Below are positions 59,458-64,000 of a DNA stretch of 64,000 nucleotides, piece after piece. Below the pieces are notes generated by a model that ran no database searches, was not told where the DNA came from, and saw only the letters and a list, made by a program, of their open reading frames with translations. The position numbers and the translations under genes were made by a program. The number at the start of each line of letters is the position of its first letter. The first letter of the stretch is position 1. The DNA is from a virus (lineage: Duplodnaviria; Heunggongvirae; Uroviricota; Caudoviricetes), in the IMG/VR virus record IMGVR_UViG_3300044557_000292, positions 195,388 through 259,387 of that record; one strand, written 5' to 3'.

Positions 59458-60357
59458 ATGGTTTCTATCAAACGTTTCTTACATAATCTGGTTAAGTCTC
59501 CCACTGTATATGATCTTATCGTCAATACGAAGATGGACTCCATACAAGACAGCCAGATAGAACGTCTCCAAGGAATACATAAGAACGTGCAGGGCCCGGA
59601 TGGATCTGTCAATAATCATAGTATGATTCCTAATTCTGAAGTTGGCGTAACGTCACAGAACAATGTAATGAATGGCCCAATTTCCTATAAGATACTTGTC
59701 TATGAAGCGAGACCGCTTAGCGGCATGATGATAGGGCAAGAGTTCATAGCTGACATTATAAGGAAGCCCGTGTTCATGAGAAGCTCATTGACTGGTAGTA
59801 CTTGGTCTGCTTCTCAGAATGGAGGAATGGCCATAGGATACAATGGTATTCCTATAGGTGCTACGTTCAATGATGATCTTATCAATTTTTTGAATTATTA
59901 TCGTGCTACTAGAATCATGGCTAAGATGGTCGGTTGGTATGATGAGGAGAATGGAATACCAGAGATTAGAATACAAGCTCCATCTTCTCGGTTCAGTGAG
60001 TATGATCAAATAACATCTGGAATGATGCATGTTGATCTATATGAAGCTAAAGACATGATGATTATAGGTTTCGCCTATTACAAGCCTATACCAATATTAG
60101 AATCACTGACTAATAGCAATCATTACGCTAGAATTAATGTGAATATCATATACCTTCCGAATAAGTTGGGATCTAAAGCAAAGCCAACATTATCTATTCA
60201 ATATGATGGTGGTGAGCTTATGAGATTCACAGCTCGAAGCGGTAAATACAAAGAACTAGGCGAGCATACTGGACCACATATCATGCTTGTACAAAGGAAT
60301 GGGGGATCTCCGAATAGGCCCGAGGGATTCTTCTATCGTGTCGTAATACTGAAATAG
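59458..60357 (+). CDS. Hypothetical protein (AT-rich)
   Basis: 299-aa ORF, divergent from the cas operon; GAAGG RBS. Confidence 0.65.
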   Translation: MVSIKRFLHNLVKSPTVYDLIVNTKMDSIQDSQIERLQGIHKNVQGPDGSVNNHSMIPNSEVGVTSQNNVMNGPISYKILVYEARPLSGMMIGQEFIADIIRKPVFMRSSLTGSTWSASQNGGMAIGYNGIPIGATFNDDLINFLNYYRATRIMAKMVGWYDEENGIPEIRIQAPSSRFSEYDQITSGMMHVDLYEAKDMMIIGFAYYKPIPILESLTNSNHYARINVNIIYLPNKLGSKAKPTLSIQYDGGELMRFTARSGKYKELGEHTGPHIMLVQRNGGSPNRPEGFFYRVVILK

Positions 60358-60409
60358 AGTTGGAAACCCTCACACTTCTCTTTATGGAAAATCACGCTTT
60401 TATAGGTGC

Positions 60410-60502
60410 TTAGATTGCGTTCTAACGCCCCTGTGACCCCGGTGAGAAAAAAACACGTGCCGTACAAGATCGAGCGTCTAAGGCGTCATAGAACACGTCT
60501 GA
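60410..60502 (+). repeat. Dispersed ~93-bp element, copy C
   Basis: TTAGATTGCGTTCTAACGCCCCTGTGACCCCGGTGAGAAAAAAACACGTGCC...GCGTCTAAGGCGTCATAGAACACGTCTGA. Confidence 0.85.
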
Positions 60503-60611
60503 TGACATTTATAGATTGAATCCACGTTTTTATTCTGTAATCTTCCTATTTTTTATAAACCCCACCCAGATATCCTAATAGTATGTTGAAACAACTATCT
60601 GGAGGTCAGCA

Positions 60612-60899
60612 ATGAATCTACGATCGATTAATCGTTATTATTGTGAAAAAATAATTAGCGAGGAAGGAGCTGATACCGTTCAGATCATCATCGCTATCGT
60701 GGTCTTCGTGATCTTTGGACTCACCGTTTTCGGAATGGTTACTAACACTGCTGGCATAAAGGCTTCACAGATAGCAAACTGTGTTACTAATTATGAACAG
60801 GCAGAGCGTTGGTGGGAGGACAATGATTACACGAGCGTGGATAGATGTCATGATGGATACGCTGGTACGCCTCCACCTCACGTTTCGTATAATGATTAG
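60612..60899 (+). CDS. Flp-type pilin paralog (Gln at +5)
   Basis: SEEG|ADTVQIIIAIVVFVIFGLTVFGM, near-identical helix to the 33180 pilin with a different two-Cys C-terminus. GGAGG RBS and ATATCCTA motif at ~60570. Confidence 0.8.
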   Translation: MNLRSINRYYCEKIISEEGADTVQIIIAIVVFVIFGLTVFGMVTNTAGIKASQIANCVTNYEQAERWWEDNDYTSVDRCHDGYAGTPPPHVSYND

Positions 60900-60908
60900 A
60901 AGAACGGG

Positions 60909-60942
60909 GAGGGGCACGCCAAACGCGCATGACGTGCCCCTC
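60909..60942. terminator. Hairpin between convergent genes
   Basis: GAGGGGCACG...CGTGCCCCTC. Confidence 0.65.
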
Positions 60943-60973
60943 GTTAAAGATATGAATTCTAATGAATATTCAA

Positions 60974-61903
60974 CTACATCTTGAATGCTTTCATGTTGAT
61001 GAGACCATCCCTGCGGTTATATGGCTTCACGCAGGTGACCGCGACCTGCGCTATCAGAGACGGGTCGATGAACGCTATCTCCCCGGGTGATTCCATCCCA
61101 CCCGTACTCTGATCGTAACCGGCCTGCTCCGCGTACTTCTGGTCAAACCATTGCTTCCATCTTGACTCCTCGAGGAGGAACCAGTAATGTTTCCACCAGT
61201 TCCTGTTACGGAATACCGTCGTTGACCATTCCTTCGTCTTGGGATCTGGTTCGTCTTCATTATCAATGAAGACAGCCCCAACGACCTCAGCATCATCAGA
61301 ATCAAGGTAATCATACCACATCTTAGTAGCCGCGTCGCTATGGACCTTTCCACCTGGGAATGGCTTACCATTCCTGAGTACGGATCCATTATCAGCAACC
61401 GTGTACTTTCCCTTCTTCTTCCAATTCTTCGTGTCAATCACATAGACGTGTGACCCGATGATGAGGATGTGGTCAGTATCCCCACCCTCAACAAGTCCAG
61501 TCTCCTCGTCAACGGTCTCCTCACCGTGACCAGGAATATGGATGGAATCAATGAGAACAGCAGCGGGCTTGTCCTTCATCCATTCGAGAAGACGTCTAGT
61601 GGTGCGATTCTCCGCCTCCACGGCCACGTCAAGCACTTCTGGTTTCCATCCCTCTGGGAGCTTCCCCTTCATTTGTGGTGACTTCATCCATGTGAGGGAT
61701 GCTGCTGACACGCCGAAGTGCCGTTTCCCGGCGATGAGGGCCTTGCGGACTATCTCACCCTGCTTGTCATTCACGTGAGCGCAGTGGCGGAAGGGTTTGA
61801 TCCTGATCTTACGCCAGTCCTGCGGAGGTGTCGGGGGGAACTCCGGCTTGTCATCTCCCTCATTACTGTCACTGATAGTAGCGTCATTATTGTTGTCAGA
61901 CAT
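60974..61903 (-). CDS. NERD (nuclease-related) domain protein
   Basis: E..T...L, DTDHILIIG..VYVIDTKNWK. Confidence 0.75.
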   Translation of the reverse strand: MSDNNNDATISDSNEGDDKPEFPPTPPQDWRKIRIKPFRHCAHVNDKQGEIVRKALIAGKRHFGVSAASLTWMKSPQMKGKLPEGWKPEVLDVAVEAENRTTRRLLEWMKDKPAAVLIDSIHIPGHGEETVDEETGLVEGGDTDHILIIGSHVYVIDTKNWKKKGKYTVADNGSVLRNGKPFPGGKVHSDAATKMWYDYLDSDDAEVVGAVFIDNEDEPDPKTKEWSTTVFRNRNWWKHYWFLLEESRWKQWFDQKYAEQAGYDQSTGGMESPGEIAFIDPSLIAQVAVTCVKPYNRRDGLINMKAFKM

Positions 61904-62025
61904 TAGATCAAGCTTCCTTTAATTGATATATGGCCCAGTCTAATTGTTCTTAACGGGGTCATCATGCTCAGGGCGATCACGTTACGTGCTATCTGCAGAA
62001 AGACGTTTATTTGACGTGAACGCGA

Positions 62026-63507
62026 TCAGTTCTCTGGGATGACCTTCTGGAGAGCATTCCTGAAGGCCTTAGGCATGAGATTCCTAGCGATCTCCCCGAT
62101 TGACCCCTCGAACGCCGGTATGCCGAGCGCAAGGTTGAACTGCTGGATGTTCGAGAGCTTCACGAGGATTCCGTCGGCTATCTCTGGTATAGCGCCAACG
62201 AGCGTTGGAACCGCGTAGTCCTCAGGCTTGATGCTTCTATCAAGCGTGCCGTAAGCATGGGTCGTAGCCATTTGGATGACATGCATGATCTCACTCTTCG
62301 TCATCTTCACGCCCCTCATAGACATGTTGATGGCAACAGCGACCTTGCTGAGATCGATCTCGGCGCCACCCTGCTCTCTACTAGATCCGTTATGGATGAT
62401 CCACTTCATCATTCCAATGACGGCCTTACGGTCGAGGCTCGTGATGAACAGGATCTTATCGGACTTGGGATATGCTACCGTGCTGAACAGCTTAGACTTA
62501 TAGTTGACCGACGTGTCAAGAATGATCACGTCGAACATGTACTTGAGAACGTTCAGCGTCTCATCATACTTGCTCACGGGGATGTTGTCAGAAGATCCTG
62601 GAAGCTTAGGTGCTAGTAGGAATGAGCACTTCATCCTATCATTATAGATAAGATTCTTAGAAACGACGTCCTGATTGATCTCATCCGCGATGGCGATGTT
62701 CAAGATGTTCGGAGTGACCTTACCTATCATTGATCCTATCTGCGCGTCAGCAACATCAAGATCAACCACACAGACCTTAAGGGGGAATTTCATAGTCCCA
62801 GCCTCTGCACTCTGCTCGCTAGATGTGGCCAGCCACGATCCCAGTCCGAGTGCAGTCGTGGTCTTACCAACGCCACCCTTTGAGGACGTCACGCATATGA
62901 TCTGCGCTATCTTACCAGAGTTATTCGTGAACTGCTCCTGGAAGTCATCGTCGCCACCAGATGGGCCGAACCAGTCTTCCTGCTTCTCCTTGTCCTCGGG
63001 TTCCTCCTCATCATTAACCTTGGTGATCGTCATGTTCTCGGCCTCGGCAATGATTTTAACATTATCAGGATCAGAGTCGGGCGAGTTGATGTATGATCTT
63101 ATGGCCGAGTCGATAGATGGGTTCGGTTGGCTATAGTCAATCCACCAATACTTCTGCAGAACGCCGTCCTTCTGGGCTTCCTGGCTACCGGAGTACTTGA
63201 GAAGATCGCTTTCAATCTTTACCTTCTCGTTAAAGTAGTCAACGATCATGGTGAGGGCTGACTGGGTGCTGATGAACGTGATGTTCAGGAAGTCTTCGAG
63301 GAGATTAGCATTCCTCGTCTTACGGGCTTTGTTATAGAACTCGCTCGATATGACGACAACGCTCGTGTCCTCAGCGAGATCCTGATTGTCAACAGCTGTC
63401 CAGAATCCATCAATAGTGGTGACTGGAACCTGCCAATCCCAATTCGGCTTCACCTTGGTCTTGAGGAAGTCATAGGTCTTTCTATTACCAACGAATACTG
63501 CCTTCAA
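62026..63507 (-). CDS. CpaE/TadZ-like MinD/ParA-family ATPase with N-terminal receiver-like region
   Basis: Deviant Walker A TSSKGGVGKTT, VVDLD, LLAP, FDVIILDT. TadZ call is from the Tad context. Confidence 0.75.
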   Translation of the reverse strand: MKAVFVGNRKTYDFLKTKVKPNWDWQVPVTTIDGFWTAVDNQDLAEDTSVVVISSEFYNKARKTRNANLLEDFLNITFISTQSALTMIVDYFNEKVKIESDLLKYSGSQEAQKDGVLQKYWWIDYSQPNPSIDSAIRSYINSPDSDPDNVKIIAEAENMTITKVNDEEEPEDKEKQEDWFGPSGGDDDFQEQFTNNSGKIAQIICVTSSKGGVGKTTTALGLGSWLATSSEQSAEAGTMKFPLKVCVVDLDVADAQIGSMIGKVTPNILNIAIADEINQDVVSKNLIYNDRMKCSFLLAPKLPGSSDNIPVSKYDETLNVLKYMFDVIILDTSVNYKSKLFSTVAYPKSDKILFITSLDRKAVIGMMKWIIHNGSSREQGGAEIDLSKVAVAINMSMRGVKMTKSEIMHVIQMATTHAYGTLDRSIKPEDYAVPTLVGAIPEIADGILVKLSNIQQFNLALGIPAFEGSIGEIARNLMPKAFRNALQKVIPEN

Positions 63508-63648
63508 CGTAAGTCCTCGCTTCCATCAATGGGTGGAGTAATTATTGTCTCCATATTCATGATAATAAGATATCATGGACAAGGAAATGCCTAGTGGAAT
63601 GGAGCTCATCATTCCGTAATTATGATATGGGCTAGAAATTGAAGCCCA

Positions 63649-63685
63649 GGCCGCCAACATGAGCTCTGTTAGCATGTTGGCGGCC
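63649..63685 (-). terminator. Intrinsic terminator hairpin
   Basis: GGCCGCCAACATG...CATGTTGGCGGCC. Confidence 0.7.
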
Positions 63686-63707
63686 CTACCCCAATCGCGT
63701 CAGTTCA

Positions 63708-63998
63708 TCAATTGCTGGAGTCGCCAGTGGCGCTAGATGAGCCGGATGACGAGCTTGAACTCGAGGAGGGCGATCCTAGGCTATTAGCCGTAGCGCTATT
63801 TGCCGCGTCACTGACCGCCTTCTTCTCCTTCTTAAGCAGTGCTTTGAAGTCGGGGGTCTTCGGACTATTTTTAGCGCAGTACTCCTTCTCGTCATCCCAC
63901 TTAGAGTTCGAGTAGTAACCATTAGCACCATCAAACAGCTGGGTGCACCATTCAATCTCATGCTTGGTAAGCGGCTGAGGATTACCGTTCTCATCCTT
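63708..63998 (-). CDS. 3' end of a CDS entering from outside the window (Ser-rich tail)
   Basis: Open frame KDENGNPQPL...SSSATGDSSN-stop, followed by a terminator. Confidence 0.6.
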   Translation of the reverse strand, partial: KDENGNPQPLTKHEIEWCTQLFDGANGYYSNSKWDDEKEYCAKNSPKTPDFKALLKKEKKAVSDAANSATANSLGSPSSSSSSSSGSSSATGDSSN

Positions 63999-64000
63999 CG

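Noticed and set aside
384-63915. Many antisense or alternate-frame ORFs (e.g. 1827-2441, 5786-6583, 10299-10832, 23911-24603, 45005-45655)
   Set aside because: They overlap longer ORFs with clear family motifs and have no recognisable motifs of their own; they are shadow ORFs.
1-64000. Interpretation as jumbo phage or host chromosome
   Set aside because: No capsid, terminase, tail or ribosomal/metabolic core genes were seen. Plasmid-type Rep and conjugation genes point to a megaplasmid, although an integrated element cannot be excluded.

Overview
This window looks like part of a large conjugative plasmid (megaplasmid) from an actinobacterial host, most likely Bifidobacteriaceae; the host call is inferred from the NlpC/P60, NucS and membrane glycosyltransferase sequences. 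No phage structural, rRNA or tRNA genes were seen. It carries: (i) a ColE2/pAL5000-type primase-family Rep next to a repeat-rich putative origin; (ii) its own replication and repair genes (dnaE, dnaG, recA, recG, nucS, a Pol I-like 5' nuclease, an SNF2-like helicase); (iii) Gram-positive (Tcp/Tn916-like) conjugation genes plus Tad/Flp pilus genes, with three pilins and an adjacent AT-rich glycosylation cassette; (iv) a complete type I-E CRISPR-Cas system with 30 identical repeats and a separated mini-array of divergent repeats. The most unusual signals are an FtsK/TcpA-like coupling-protein N-half ending in what looks like a 45-aa class-3 split-intein N-fragment, a VirB4 cleanly split into two genes about 15 kb apart on opposite strands, an orphan promoter-driven TnpB omega-RNA-like sequence, a ~93-bp element present three times, and two distinct promoter motifs that separate transfer genes from replication genes. 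All family assignments come from motif recognition by eye, not from database searches.
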